Positions 32,531-42,955 of a stretch of 56,288 nucleotides of DNA are shown here, in pieces (the stretch's first letter is position 1; every line of letters starts with the position of its first letter). The position numbers were made by a program, and so were the translations under genes. The DNA comes from Candidatus Magasanikiibacteriota bacterium (lineage in GTDB: Bacteria; Patescibacteriota; Patescibacteriia; Magasanikbacterales; UBA922), in assembly GCA_041675185.1 (NCBI GenBank), contig JBAYUH010000003.1, positions 1 to 56,288 on the forward strand. Reading direction: 5' to 3'. The notes beneath the pieces are model-generated. The model saw only the letters and a list, made by a program, of their open reading frames with translations. It searched no databases and was not told the origin of the DNA.

Positions 32531-32995
32531 ATGAAAAAAAACAATAATTTCAAATTTTATTTTTTTATAGTTTTTATTGTAGTAGCAATATTCTTGTTTT
32601 TTTGGCAGAGATTTCATTGGCCAAGTGCAACTGTATCTTTGAAAAACCAGACTTTACATGTCCTCGTGGCTGATAGTATTTATCGTCAACAAAAAGGTCT
32701 GGGTGGTAGGACTAGTATTGCACCTTATGATGGTATGATTTTCCCTTTTGCCATGCTTAGTAAACACGCTTTTATTATGAGGAATATGAATTTTCCTATA
32801 GATATTATTTGGCTCAAAAAAGGGGAAGTAGTGGATTATGCGCCAAATGTACAGATAGAGCCAAATCATACAGAAGAAACTTATATTCGCTATACTTCAC
32901 GTACTGATGATGATATGGTCTTGGAGTTGTCAGCTGGCTGGGCACAGGCTCATGATTTGAAGATTGGGGACAAAATGACCCTTGTGGAGGACTAG
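32531..32995 (+). CDS. DUF192 domain protein
   Basis: N-terminal TM, then the QKGLGGR...GMIFPF...MRNMNFPIDIIWL pattern typical of DUF192/COG1430. Confidence 0.75.
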   Translation: MKKNNNFKFYFFIVFIVVAIFLFFWQRFHWPSATVSLKNQTLHVLVADSIYRQQKGLGGRTSIAPYDGMIFPFAMLSKHAFIMRNMNFPIDIIWLKKGEVVDYAPNVQIEPNHTEETYIRYTSRTDDDMVLELSAGWAQAHDLKIGDKMTLVED

Positions 32996-33106
32996 TCTTG
33001 ACTTATTCTACTTAATTTAGTATAATATCCACGTTTCCTAAAAACAATTTTATCTTAGCAGAGTCTTGTGTCAAGACAATAATAATAAATTTTTAAAAAC
33101 AAAAAT

Positions 33107-33421
33107 ATGTTTGCAGTCATTCAAACTGGTGGAAAGCAATATCTTGTCAAAGATGGTGATCTCCTAAAAGTTGAAAAATTAGAAGTTGAAGTTGGTAAAG
33201 AGGTCATTTTTGATGAGGTTTTGATGCTTGCCAAAGAAGATGGTACTGATGTACAAATCGGCAAACCATTTTTGGAAGGTGTAAGTATTGTTGCAATGTG
33301 TGAAGAACAAGGAAAAAACAGAACTATCCGCGTTGTAAAATATAAACGAAAAATACGTTACAAAAAAGTTCATGGTCATAGACAACGTTATACTAAGATC
33401 AAAGTGAAAGAAGTGAAATAG
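33107..33421 (+). CDS. rplU: 50S ribosomal protein L21
   Basis: MFAVIQTGGKQYLVKDGDLLKVEKL... and the basic C-terminus KKVHGHRQRYTKIKV. Confidence 0.95.
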   Translation: MFAVIQTGGKQYLVKDGDLLKVEKLEVEVGKEVIFDEVLMLAKEDGTDVQIGKPFLEGVSIVAMCEEQGKNRTIRVVKYKRKIRYKKVHGHRQRYTKIKVKEVK

Positions 33422-33457
33422 CATGTAACATGTAACACGTATCACGTAACACATATT

Positions 33458-33483
33458 AAAAACCGCTTGAAAGCGGTTTTTTT
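33458..33483. terminator. bidirectional terminator (rplU / recR)
   Basis: aaaaaccgc / gcggttttt stem with loop ttgaaa. Confidence 0.8.
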
Positions 33484-33509
33484 GTATTTAAAATTTTATT
33501 TATTAGTGC

Positions 33510-34112
33510 CTATTTATTTGATACTCTATTTTTCAAAGCACTGCTCAAAGTTATTTCATCAGCATATTGCAAGTCACTACCCATCGGAAGTCCACGGGCT
33601 AGGCGGGTGACTTTTATTTCTGGTTTTAGTTTTTTTATTTGTCTTTCCAAATACATCATCGTGGTTTCACCACTGATATCAGGATTGAGAGCAAGTATTA
33701 CCTCGTCTATTTCATTTTTGTGGAGTCTAGTCATTAGTTCATTTATTTTTAGAAATTTACTAATATTTTCATCATCTGGTTTCAAAGTTCCACGCAAGAT
33801 ATGGTAAACGCCAGTAAATTCTTTGGTCTTTTCAATTGTTTCTCTATCTTGTGGTTGTGATACTACGCAAATGACTTTGTGATCACGTCTAATATCAATA
33901 CAAAAACTACAAGGACTAGTGTCTCCGAAGTCCCAACACACTTCACAGCTTTTGATATTTTCTATCAATTCTTTTAAGGCTATTGTCAATTCAGCTACAT
34001 CTTTTTTACCAGATTTTAGTAAATAAAAAACAAAGCGTTCGGCTGTGCGATGACCAACACTAGGTAGGCGAGAAAACGCTTTGATTAGATTTTGAATGGG
34101 TTTTGAATACAT
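33510..34112 (-). CDS. recR: recombination protein RecR
   Basis: IQNLIKAFSRLPSVGHRTAERFVFYLL HhH region. CEVCWDFGDTSPCSFC zinc finger. Toprim region. Start at the internal ATG (34112). Confidence 0.9.
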   Translation of the reverse strand: MYSKPIQNLIKAFSRLPSVGHRTAERFVFYLLKSGKKDVAELTIALKELIENIKSCEVCWDFGDTSPCSFCIDIRRDHKVICVVSQPQDRETIEKTKEFTGVYHILRGTLKPDDENISKFLKINELMTRLHKNEIDEVILALNPDISGETTMMYLERQIKKLKPEIKVTRLARGLPMGSDLQYADEITLSSALKNRVSNK

Positions 34113-34242
34113 TTTTGTAAATATACAATAGTAAAATAACAAATTTCAAATAATATACAAATCACAAATTTTATTTTTTTGTTATTGTTTGTTGTAATTT
34201 ATTTGGAATTTGTGTATTTTTAATTGTTTATTTTGTAAAGAT

Positions 34243-34539
34243 TTAACTAAGTCCTGGAATATTTGGCAATCCACCCATTTCTTTCATCTTCATTGCCATT
34301 ACACGTTGCATTTTTCTGAGTGCATCAGAGTGAGCATCTTTGAAAGAAGATTCTAATTTTGATTTTTTACCAACTTCGAGCATATCTTCAGAAACATTTA
34401 CATTGGTTATTTCTAGATTGCCGTTCATAGTCAATTCTACACCATTTGATTTGGTAGTAATACTTTCTTGTGAAAGTTTACTTTGCATTTCTTTAGCTTG
34501 ATCACGAAGATCTTTGAATTGTTTTAGTTTGTTGAACAT
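34243..34539 (-). CDS. ybaB: YbaB/EbfC family nucleoid-associated protein
   Basis: 98 aa starting MFNKLKQFKDLRDQAKEMQSKL. Adjacent to recR, as in many bacteria. Confidence 0.85.
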   Translation of the reverse strand: MFNKLKQFKDLRDQAKEMQSKLSQESITTKSNGVELTMNGNLEITNVNVSEDMLEVGKKSKLESSFKDAHSDALRKMQRVMAMKMKEMGGLPNIPGLS

Positions 34540-34688
34540 ACGTTTTTTATTTAAAATTTTGTTAATTAATTAAAAATATTTTATAACTATATTTTATCAA
34601 ATAAAGTGGATGTTTGAAAGGCTTGAAAGGCAGTTTTTATATTATAGCCTCTCAAGTTTTTTTGGCTTTTTAAGCATTTCCAGCCTTT

Positions 34689-36083
34689 TTACTCCGGACT
34701 TTCATAAGTTGTATCAGTATCCAAATTTTTGAAAGAGGTACGAGCTTCATCAAAAAATGTACGAATGACTCCGGTCGGACCATTTCTATGCTTGGCAACA
34801 TGAATTTCGGCAATATTTCTTTCATCTGGTGGAATATCTTCTAGACGATAATTTCTATCAGCTGCTTTACGATAAAGAAACATCACAATATCAGCATCCT
34901 GTTCTATACTACCAGATTCACGTAAATGTGACAATTTTGGGATAGCTGGTTTGCTTTGTTCTACTGCACGAGAAAGCTGAGAAAGAGCAATAACAGGAAT
35001 ATTTAGTTCACGAGCAATACCTTTCAAATTTCTACTGATGACAGCGACTTCTTGTACACGGTTACTACTATTTTTGTCATTGTGTGATTCCATAAGTTGC
35101 ATATAATCAATAACAATCATACCCAATCCGTGTTCAGCTTGTAAACGTCTAGCTTTAGTTCTAATTTGCATAACGTTGTTGCCAGGTGTGTCATCAATAT
35201 AAATTGGTGCTTCAGATAGTACGCCCATGGCATGTCCAATACGCGGGAAATCATCACTATCTGGTTTGTCTGATAAGTTGCCTGTACGCATCTTCCACAA
35301 GTCAATACCAGCTTCAGCACAAAGCATTCTATCTACCAATTGTTCTTTACTCATTTCTAATGAAAAGAAGCCTACAGGTACCTTATATTTCGTTGCAGCG
35401 TGTCTGGCAATATCAAGTGCAAAAGAAGTCTTACCCACAGATGGGCGAGCTGCCAAAATTATTAAGTCAGATTTTTGGAAACCAGCCATTAGTTCATCTA
35501 GTTTTTTGATACCACTTGGTACACCGCGCAATTTACCTTTTTCTTTGTGTAGTTCATCAATACGTTCAAAAGCAGTACTCAAAACACCGCGAATAGAAAC
35601 AAAAGTTTGTTTGCTTTGTTTTTGAGTAATAGTATAGAGTTGCTGTTGAGCTTGGTCTAATAGTTGTTCTACATCATCAGCGTCTTCTTGATAACCAAGT
35701 TTGGCTATTTCATGAGCAGAGTTTAGAAGTTGTCTAAGTGTAGATTTTCTTTTGATAATCTCAGCATATTGTTGGATATGTGAAGCTGTTGGTACAGAGT
35801 TGGACAATTCTATTAGATAACTTTTGCCACCACAACTTTCTAGTAGTTTTCTTTCTTCCAATCTATTTGCTACAGTCAATACATCTATGGGTTCATTTTT
35901 TTGGTACAACTCCAACATTATTTCGTAAATAAAAGAATGTGAACGTTTGTAAAAATCTGTTTCATTTACTATGTCAGAAATTTTCAACATGGCATCTTTG
36001 TCAATCAAAATAGAGCCTAATAATGATTTTTCAGCTTCAATATTTTGTGGTGGTATTTTTTCTAGTTGAGTAATATCTGGCAT
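34689..36083 (-). CDS. dnaB: replicative DNA helicase DnaB
   Basis: PPQNIEAEKSLLGSILID N-terminus. Walker A ARPSVGKTSFAL. IVIDYMQLM, and the SRNLKGIARELNIPVIALSQLSR motif. Confidence 0.95.
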   Translation of the reverse strand: MPDITQLEKIPPQNIEAEKSLLGSILIDKDAMLKISDIVNETDFYKRSHSFIYEIMLELYQKNEPIDVLTVANRLEERKLLESCGGKSYLIELSNSVPTASHIQQYAEIIKRKSTLRQLLNSAHEIAKLGYQEDADDVEQLLDQAQQQLYTITQKQSKQTFVSIRGVLSTAFERIDELHKEKGKLRGVPSGIKKLDELMAGFQKSDLIILAARPSVGKTSFALDIARHAATKYKVPVGFFSLEMSKEQLVDRMLCAEAGIDLWKMRTGNLSDKPDSDDFPRIGHAMGVLSEAPIYIDDTPGNNVMQIRTKARRLQAEHGLGMIVIDYMQLMESHNDKNSSNRVQEVAVISRNLKGIARELNIPVIALSQLSRAVEQSKPAIPKLSHLRESGSIEQDADIVMFLYRKAADRNYRLEDIPPDERNIAEIHVAKHRNGPTGVIRTFFDEARTSFKNLDTDTTYESPE

Positions 36084-36265
36084 AAATAGTTGTTTGAATA
36101 CGTTGTTATATTACCGCAGATTTGAATTGGATTCAAGCTAAAAAAAATATTTTTGTGTGTATGCTGTGTTTAATTTGTTGACAAGATTTTTTTCAATTTT
36201 AAAAGCATTGATTTTTTGCTAAGTTATGATATTATAAGTGGCAAAGATAAATATTTGAGTATTTT

Positions 36266-37438
36266 ATGAAAATCTGTCTAATACACAATTTGTACGAACC
36301 ATACGCTAGAGGCGGTGCTGAACAAGTTGTTAAGTCTACTATTGATTATTTTGTTTCTATGGGAAATGAAGTAATTTTGATTACCTCAGCTCAGACAAAA
36401 GAAGAAATTGTAGAGAATGGTAAATTGAAAATTTATCGTATCAAGCAAAAAAATATTTGTGGGTTTTTGGATTTGTACAAACATTCTTTTTTAATTCGTT
36501 TTGTTTGGCATTTGATTGATATGTTTAATTTTGGTATTGCCAAAAAAGTGGGGATAATTTTACAGCAAGAAAAAGTAGGAGTAGTCCATACGCACAATTT
36601 GATGGGACTAAGTTTTTTGATTCCACAAGAAATTAGAAAATTAAAAATAAAAAATATACACACTGTGCACGATGTACAGTTGGTAGAGCCTAGTGGAATT
36701 ATTTTGAAAGCAAAAGAAAAAACTTGTCGTTATCGTGGTTGGTTTATGAAAATGCATATTTTGGTGATGAAGAATTTGGTTGGTTCACCGGATGTAGTGA
36801 TTTCTCCATCGCAATTTTTGTTAAATTTCTACAAAGAAAAAGGATTTTTTGAAAATTCAAAATTGAAATTGTTGGCCAATCCTTTGACTTTTGATTTTCC
36901 AAATATTTTTTCCAAAGAAAAGCACGAAGGATTTAATTTTCTTTATGTGGGACAAATTGAAAAACACAAAGGTATTTTTGAATTATTGGAAGTTTTTCAA
37001 AATATAAAAAATGCTACTTTGCATATAGTAGGTGATGGCACACAATTGGATTTTTTGAAAAAACAGTTTCAGGATTTTAGTAACATTAAATTTTATGGGA
37101 GACTAAATAGAGAAGATTTGTCAAAAATATTTTCTAAAATAGATGTTACAATTTTTTCTTCGATTTGTTATGAAAATTATCCAGCAGTAATTTTTGAAAG
37201 TTTTTATTTTGCTACACCTGTATTGACTTGCAATCATTCTTCTTTGCCTGAGTTTGTAAAAGTAGGGGAGAACGGTTGGCTTTTTGATATAGAAAAAGAA
37301 AATGATTTGGCAGAAAAATTGCAGTGGTGTCTAGAAAATAAAACAGACATACAAAAGATGTCTGAGAATTTTGATACTAAAATTTTTAAAAAAAATAGTG
37401 ATAATTATTTTTTTGAATTGCTGAATTTGTATAAATAA
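36266..37438 (+). CDS. glycosyltransferase family 4
   Basis: MKICLIHNLYEPYARGGAEQVV N-terminus. C-terminal YENYPAVIFESFYFATPVLTC region. Confidence 0.8.
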   Translation: MKICLIHNLYEPYARGGAEQVVKSTIDYFVSMGNEVILITSAQTKEEIVENGKLKIYRIKQKNICGFLDLYKHSFLIRFVWHLIDMFNFGIAKKVGIILQQEKVGVVHTHNLMGLSFLIPQEIRKLKIKNIHTVHDVQLVEPSGIILKAKEKTCRYRGWFMKMHILVMKNLVGSPDVVISPSQFLLNFYKEKGFFENSKLKLLANPLTFDFPNIFSKEKHEGFNFLYVGQIEKHKGIFELLEVFQNIKNATLHIVGDGTQLDFLKKQFQDFSNIKFYGRLNREDLSKIFSKIDVTIFSSICYENYPAVIFESFYFATPVLTCNHSSLPEFVKVGENGWLFDIEKENDLAEKLQWCLENKTDIQKMSENFDTKIFKKNSDNYFFELLNLYK

Positions 37439-39574
37439 TTATTCTTCTTCTTGTAAAATATATTCATAAACCCAAACTCTACCATTGTCTAGCTCCCACC
37501 AATTGTCAGCATCTACTTTGGCATCATCACGAATCTGAGCAGCTGGACTCCAATAATCAGTGTGGATGAAATAAGCTTTTCTGACTCCAGCAAATTTCAT
37601 GGCTTCTTCCATTGGTTGTCTCTGGGCTTTGACATAAGCCATTTGTCTGAAATATTGATAAAGTGGACCGCCAGTTGGAATAGAATAAAAATATTGCAAA
37701 CCTTGTGAAGTTGGTAAATAACCATCGAAACCAAATTCTGTTAAGGCTGCTGTAGCTACTGCTTGATTGGTGAGAACTATATAATCTTTTTTATTATTAT
37801 TTCTATCAACAATAAATTTTACAGCTATTAAATCAGCTTTTCTCAAATTTTGTCCAGTATATAGTGAAATATTGTCACGAGTCGGGTAGGTAAAAAACCA
37901 GGAGAGTAGAAGTGATAAAGCTAAAAAAATAGATACAAGAATTTGCCAGCTTATTTTGTTTTTTAGTTTTATAAATATTTCTCTAATAGCAATAATAAAA
38001 AACGGTAGAAATAAAATCAAACTTAAATCTAATAATCTAGTACCATATAATTTTTGGTCATAAGAAATTACATCTTTGAATTTTATAGAAGTGATAATCA
38101 AGAAAGACGATGTAGTGAGTGCCAAAAAAGTACTGATGAAAAAGTAAGTGATATTTTGTTTGTATTTTTTTAGAGCTAGGAAAATACCAAAGATAATGAT
38201 TATTATTATTAGGGGTTTCAAAATATCGCGATAATAATACAAAAGTTTTAATAATTTTGGACCACGTTCAATGAAGATATATTGTGGTCTAGCAAAAATA
38301 TTAAAAAAAACTTTAGCATTTTGAAAAGTATTTTGCCAAATTAAAGATCCTTTGTTGAATATAGAATTTAAGTATAGAGCAAAAGGAACAGTAAATGTGA
38401 GAATAAGAATGTACAGCGGATAAAATATTTTTTTGAAATTAGCATATATTTTTTTATAGATAATAGAAGCCAAATAAATTACAAATATTGGTAGACCGAT
38501 GAGTGGGTGTATCGTAGTAGTTAGTATATTGAGTAAAACACCAAAAATATTGGTTTGTATATCACTATGTTTATTTTCATACCAGATCCAAGAGGTTGTA
38601 ATGAGAGAAATAAGTAACGCCAAATTATTTGGTGTGGTAAATATAAAAAAGTTGAGCGGTATCAAAGAAATTAGAAGTAATGCTGGGTATATTTTATTTT
38701 TAAAATTATTTTTTGTGAGGGCAAAATAAAAACAAAGTGGAATAGCGACAGAAGCTAATATTGGGACTATACTTCTGTCCAGCCAAGAGATGTTTAATTT
38801 AGTAATAAAATTTGTAGAGACAACCCACATATATTGTCCGATATAATAAGGTTGTTTTGGAGCAATGAACAGATGTTCTCTTATCCATTTTTCAGTAGCT
38901 TCGTGAACGTGTGGATCAAAACCATAACCATATTTGAAAACAAAAAAAGCTACGTTCAAAATAATAGCTGTGTGGAGTATGATAAGTAATAGGTTGGTTT
39001 TTTGGTTTTTTGATCTTTGTAAAAAAAATAATAAAAGAGCTGAAACTAGAAAGAAAAGTATAAAAATTTTATTACTAAAAAGTGTCCAAGGTGAAATGAT
39101 AGTCTCGTCATAACGATGACTTATAAGAATTGTCAGTATAGTGATTTGTCCAATAAAAATTATGATAGCTAAAATATTTTTTTTTAGATAGTCTGATATT
39201 TGTTTTGTAGTTATTTGTTTTTTTTTGAAAATAATAAAATCTTCTATAGTATTTTTTCTACACAGGTATGAAATTGTAATAGAAGTAAATATGAAGGTAA
39301 AAGAGATAGTAGCCTGGTCTATTTGGTAAAACCAGTAGATAATAGACAATAAAGAAGTGGTCACCGCAATAAGACCTATGGTTCCAAAAAATAGCTTCCA
39401 AAATGAGTTTTCCTGTTTGATAAAACAAATACCAAAAGAATAGCCAAAAAAGGCTATATATAAAACATAAGCCAAAGTTCCTAAAATAGGATTTGTTGTG
39501 TACCATGTTGCTAAGAGTAAAAGGGTTGTAATAAGGGTTGCAAGCGTGGTATACTTTTTGAATAGTGTTGTCAT
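37439..39574 (-). CDS. large polytopic membrane protein with C-terminal soluble domain (GT-C-like architecture; paralog of 40225-42405)
   Basis: 711 aa. More than 12 hydrophobic helices, then a soluble tail of about 150 aa. Its stop codon directly abuts the stop of the convergent GT4 gene (taatta at 37436-37441). Confidence 0.7.
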   Translation of the reverse strand: MTTLFKKYTTLATLITTLLLLATWYTTNPILGTLAYVLYIAFFGYSFGICFIKQENSFWKLFFGTIGLIAVTTSLLSIIYWFYQIDQATISFTFIFTSITISYLCRKNTIEDFIIFKKKQITTKQISDYLKKNILAIIIFIGQITILTILISHRYDETIISPWTLFSNKIFILFFLVSALLLFFLQRSKNQKTNLLLIILHTAIILNVAFFVFKYGYGFDPHVHEATEKWIREHLFIAPKQPYYIGQYMWVVSTNFITKLNISWLDRSIVPILASVAIPLCFYFALTKNNFKNKIYPALLLISLIPLNFFIFTTPNNLALLISLITTSWIWYENKHSDIQTNIFGVLLNILTTTIHPLIGLPIFVIYLASIIYKKIYANFKKIFYPLYILILTFTVPFALYLNSIFNKGSLIWQNTFQNAKVFFNIFARPQYIFIERGPKLLKLLYYYRDILKPLIIIIIIFGIFLALKKYKQNITYFFISTFLALTTSSFLIITSIKFKDVISYDQKLYGTRLLDLSLILFLPFFIIAIREIFIKLKNKISWQILVSIFLALSLLLSWFFTYPTRDNISLYTGQNLRKADLIAVKFIVDRNNNKKDYIVLTNQAVATAALTEFGFDGYLPTSQGLQYFYSIPTGGPLYQYFRQMAYVKAQRQPMEEAMKFAGVRKAYFIHTDYWSPAAQIRDDAKVDADNWWELDNGRVWVYEYILQEEE

Positions 39575-39604
39575 AAGGTCTAATTTGATTATTATAACAA
39601 ATTT

Positions 39605-40228
39605 ATGTCTTTTATCAAGGATTTCAAAGATAAGAATTTTGATTTGTTTGAATATCTACCAGCTACTGAAGTGCATCCACACGATCATTTTTTGGCTGTG
39701 ACAATTTTGCGTCTTTTGCCAAAGAACATTACTCCCAACAAAATTAGTTTATTTCGTATTTTTGCTACCCCTTTTGTTTTTTTGTTGATTTTTTTTGGGT
39801 ATTACAATGTTGGTGTTATCTGTTTTGTACTAGTAGCCTTCACTGATGCTATGGATGGATCACTTGCTAGAACACAAAATAAAATAACTAAATTCGGTAT
39901 GCTTACAGATCCTTTGGCTGACAAGCTCCTGATTGGCTCTATGGTACTACTTCTTGTATTTAAATATTTGGATTTTTGGTTGGGGATTGTGGTATTGGTT
40001 ATAGAAATTATTTTTATTATTGCGGCTTTTGTTTATCGTGTGAAGTTCAAGACTGTTCGTATGGCCAATCTGTGGGGGAAGATAAAAATGTTTTTGCAAG
40101 TATTGGCAATTTGTAGTGTGCTTATAGCTTTGGTTTTTGAAAATCAGACTTTTCTCAATATAGCCAATGTGATTTTGGGATTATCAGTAGGCTTTGCTTT
40201 AGTTAGTTTATTTCGGCATGGTATATGA
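39605..40228 (+). CDS. CDP-alcohol phosphatidyltransferase family protein
   Basis: DAMDGSLARTQNKITKFGMLTDPLADK matches the motif D-x2-DG-x2-AR-x8-G-x3-D-x3-D. Confidence 0.85.
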   Translation: MSFIKDFKDKNFDLFEYLPATEVHPHDHFLAVTILRLLPKNITPNKISLFRIFATPFVFLLIFFGYYNVGVICFVLVAFTDAMDGSLARTQNKITKFGMLTDPLADKLLIGSMVLLLVFKYLDFWLGIVVLVIEIIFIIAAFVYRVKFKTVRMANLWGKIKMFLQVLAICSVLIALVFENQTFLNIANVILGLSVGFALVSLFRHGI

Positions 40229-42405
40229 GTATGACTTTTTTGAAGAATAAAAATTTTTTGTTTACGATTTTATCTTTAATTTTGATTGCTATTCCTTCTC
40301 CTATCAGTAAGTTGTTAGGATTTTTTGGTTTTTTATTTTTCACTTCACAAATTTGGAAAAGTTTTTTTTCTTCTCTATTTGCTGAAAAATTTTCTAGTTT
40401 GATATATTTTTTGTTAGGTTTTTTTACTGTTTTTAGTTTGCTTGGTTTGGTATCTAGTATATTTGTGGTTTATTATACTTTGAATTCTACTCTTTTAGTT
40501 TGTTCTTTTGTTATTACTGATTTTTTGACTTTGGTTTTTTGTTACAAAAATTTGGAAAATAAATCATATCCCAAAAAAGAAAATTTTTTTCAAGAGAATA
40601 ATTATGTAAAAATTTTACTAGTTGTCTTTATCCTGTTATTTTCTTTAGGTATTTTTATTTTGTCACAGCACACTAGTGTGGAGGTGTTATTTAGTCCTTG
40701 GCAAACTATTCCCTTTGCTTATTTATTGATTTTTTTTGTTTTGAGCTTGGTTGCCGTGAGTTTACTTTATTTTTTACAGCACAAAGAAATAAGTTTATTT
40801 ATTTTTATTATTTTGGCTTTTTTTGTGCATGCTTACCTACCTATGTCTCATGTTTTGCCGTGGGGAGGGGATGTCTGGAGACATATGGCAGTAGAACAAA
40901 AGATTATGGATGGAGGTCTGGAATTGCCAGTTCTTTTTGGCAAAGAAGTATTATCTCGTAATATTTTTGGTTTAGCTATACCAGAAACATTTTTGATATC
41001 TACCAAATATTCTTATGGGCATTTGTGGGCAACAAGTATTCTCTTGTCTGATAGTCTGCATGTAGATTTGCTTCAAATAAACAAATGGTTAGTCACTATT
41101 TTGTGGTCGGTGTTTGTTCCTATTTTTTTGTATTTACTTGGTGTGGAGTTGTTTGATTCAAAAAAAAAATCTTTGTGGCTAGTTTTTTGTAGTATTTTTA
41201 TTTTTTCTTTTCAAGCTTTGGGGGCTTTTACTTTGCCTGTGAGTTTTGATTTTATTTTATTTTTGTTTTTATTGTTTTTATTTTTTTCTTATGTAAAATC
41301 TCAAAATAATAATTTGAAAAAAATGTTATTTTTGTTTTTACCATTACTTTTATTTCAGTATACTTTATTTTTTTTATTATTTATTTTTATTATTGTTTTT
41401 TCTTTTATTTTAAATAAAATAAAGAGTTTTGGTTCAAAAATTATTTTGGCTTTTTCTGCTATATTTTTTATTCCGATTTTTGAATTAATTACCAATTTGT
41501 CTGTACTAAATAATTTGCCAAGTATCTTTTCAAATGCTAAACAGACTGTAGGGTATTTGTCTGGAATTACTTATGCTCTAGCTATCCGAAGTGAGGATAT
41601 TTTGACTGGTAATATTTTTTTTAATCATACGCCTTTGATTGCTTTTGTTCCTAATATTTTTAATATTTTTAGATGGCACATACCTTTGGTTATGTTTGGT
41701 GTTTGGTGTTTATTTTTTATTGGTATTTTTTATATTCTTCTAAAAGAAAAAAGAAAAGAATGGCAAATTGTTACTTTGTTTTCTTTTTTGGTAGCTGGTG
41801 GTTATATTGTTGGTTGGATATTTTTTTCTGGTGATCATCTGTTTATACGTAGACTTGATCCTGTTTTGGCTTTGGTTATTTTGTTTGGTTCTTTTTATAC
41901 TATTTATAATACAAGAATTTTCAAGAGAATTTTAGACAAAAAAATAATTAGTTTTTCCTTAGTCACTTTAATTATTTTGTTTGGTACTACTGCTTATTCT
42001 TCTGGGCCAGATATGCAAGTGGTTTCTGTAAATGAGTACAAAGCTAATCAATATATTTTTAGTCTAATTAAAGATGATCAACATTATTGTGTGATTAGTA
42101 ATAGTTGGACTTTGCTTACTCTGGAATATTTTTCAAATAAAAAAATTGTGGGAGGCGGTTTTCCAATAGATAGACAGTTTGCCCAACCTGAATTAACTAA
42201 TATTTATCAATCTTTGTTAAACACTAGTTTTGAATTATCAATGTTGGACAAAGCTTTTGGTATAACTGGAAGTAATAGATGTATTTTGGCTATACCAAAA
42301 GAGTCTGTTACTTCAGAACAGAAAAAAGTTTTGGATGCTAAGCTGTCTGACTACGATTTAGGAGATTTGTCTATGTATGTTTGGGTAGTTGAAAAAAAGT
42401 CTTGA
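40225..42405 (+). CDS. large polytopic membrane protein with C-terminal soluble domain (GT-C-like architecture)
   Basis: 726 aa with many TM helices and a soluble C-terminal domain. Overlaps the upstream gene by 4 nt (ATGA). Confidence 0.7.
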   Translation: MSMTFLKNKNFLFTILSLILIAIPSPISKLLGFFGFLFFTSQIWKSFFSSLFAEKFSSLIYFLLGFFTVFSLLGLVSSIFVVYYTLNSTLLVCSFVITDFLTLVFCYKNLENKSYPKKENFFQENNYVKILLVVFILLFSLGIFILSQHTSVEVLFSPWQTIPFAYLLIFFVLSLVAVSLLYFLQHKEISLFIFIILAFFVHAYLPMSHVLPWGGDVWRHMAVEQKIMDGGLELPVLFGKEVLSRNIFGLAIPETFLISTKYSYGHLWATSILLSDSLHVDLLQINKWLVTILWSVFVPIFLYLLGVELFDSKKKSLWLVFCSIFIFSFQALGAFTLPVSFDFILFLFLLFLFFSYVKSQNNNLKKMLFLFLPLLLFQYTLFFLLFIFIIVFSFILNKIKSFGSKIILAFSAIFFIPIFELITNLSVLNNLPSIFSNAKQTVGYLSGITYALAIRSEDILTGNIFFNHTPLIAFVPNIFNIFRWHIPLVMFGVWCLFFIGIFYILLKEKRKEWQIVTLFSFLVAGGYIVGWIFFSGDHLFIRRLDPVLALVILFGSFYTIYNTRIFKRILDKKIISFSLVTLIILFGTTAYSSGPDMQVVSVNEYKANQYIFSLIKDDQHYCVISNSWTLLTLEYFSNKKIVGGGFPIDRQFAQPELTNIYQSLLNTSFELSMLDKAFGITGSNRCILAIPKESVTSEQKKVLDAKLSDYDLGDLSMYVWVVEKKS

Positions 42406-42423
42406 TTAGTTTATTATAATAAT

Positions 42424-42529
42424 AGTTATATTTAATCCGCCCAAGGCGGACAAGGTTTAATTCCTCGCAGTTTACTGCGAAATAATCTAATTGATACCTC
42501 GTCAGCTTGCTGCTAGGTATTTCATTTAT
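42424..42529 (-). repeat. dispersed structured repeat, family 1 (short variant)
   Basis: 34 nt are identical to 13655-13688. Contains hairpins ccgcc/ggcgg and tcgcagt/actgcga. It occupies the region that the TTG-extended HIT ORF would have to translate. Confidence 0.8.
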
Positions 42530-42535
42530 AAAAAT

Positions 42536-42943
42536 ATGGAAAATTGTATATTTTGCAAAATACTTGCTGGGAAAATACCAAATCATACTATTTATGAGGA
42601 TGAGTACACTTTGGCTTTTCTAGACATTACACCTAGTACCAAAGGTCATACTTTGGTAATACCAAAAGTTCATGCACAAAATTTGTTAGAATTGGATGAA
42701 GAATATGTGGGCAAATTATTGTTGGCTGTAAAAAAGGCTCAAGAAAAAATAGATTTGATTTTGAAACCAAATGGTTATAATATTGGCTGGAACCATGGTG
42801 AAATAGGTGGACAAGCTGTACCCCATATACATATTCATATTATGCCACGCTACAATGGTGATGGTGGTGGAAACATGCATTCAATAGTACATAATCCTGG
42901 TGACGAGACTGTCGAAGAAGTATTTGGTTTGTTTAATAAATAA
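42536..42943 (+). CDS. HIT family hydrolase
   Basis: CIFCKILAGKIP start and the histidine triad VPHIHIHIMPR. Confidence 0.9.
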   Translation: MENCIFCKILAGKIPNHTIYEDEYTLAFLDITPSTKGHTLVIPKVHAQNLLELDEEYVGKLLLAVKKAQEKIDLILKPNGYNIGWNHGEIGGQAVPHIHIHIMPRYNGDGGGNMHSIVHNPGDETVEEVFGLFNK

Positions 42944-42955
42944 TTTTCGTTTTTT

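Noticed and set aside
42491-42535. N-terminal extensions of track ORFs for the HIT protein (42491), UvrC (23550), MurA (52750), RecR (34142) and VanW (30347).
   Set aside because: The extensions translate repeat elements, terminator T-runs or promoter-like AT sequence. The internal ATGs give N-termini that match the conserved family starts.
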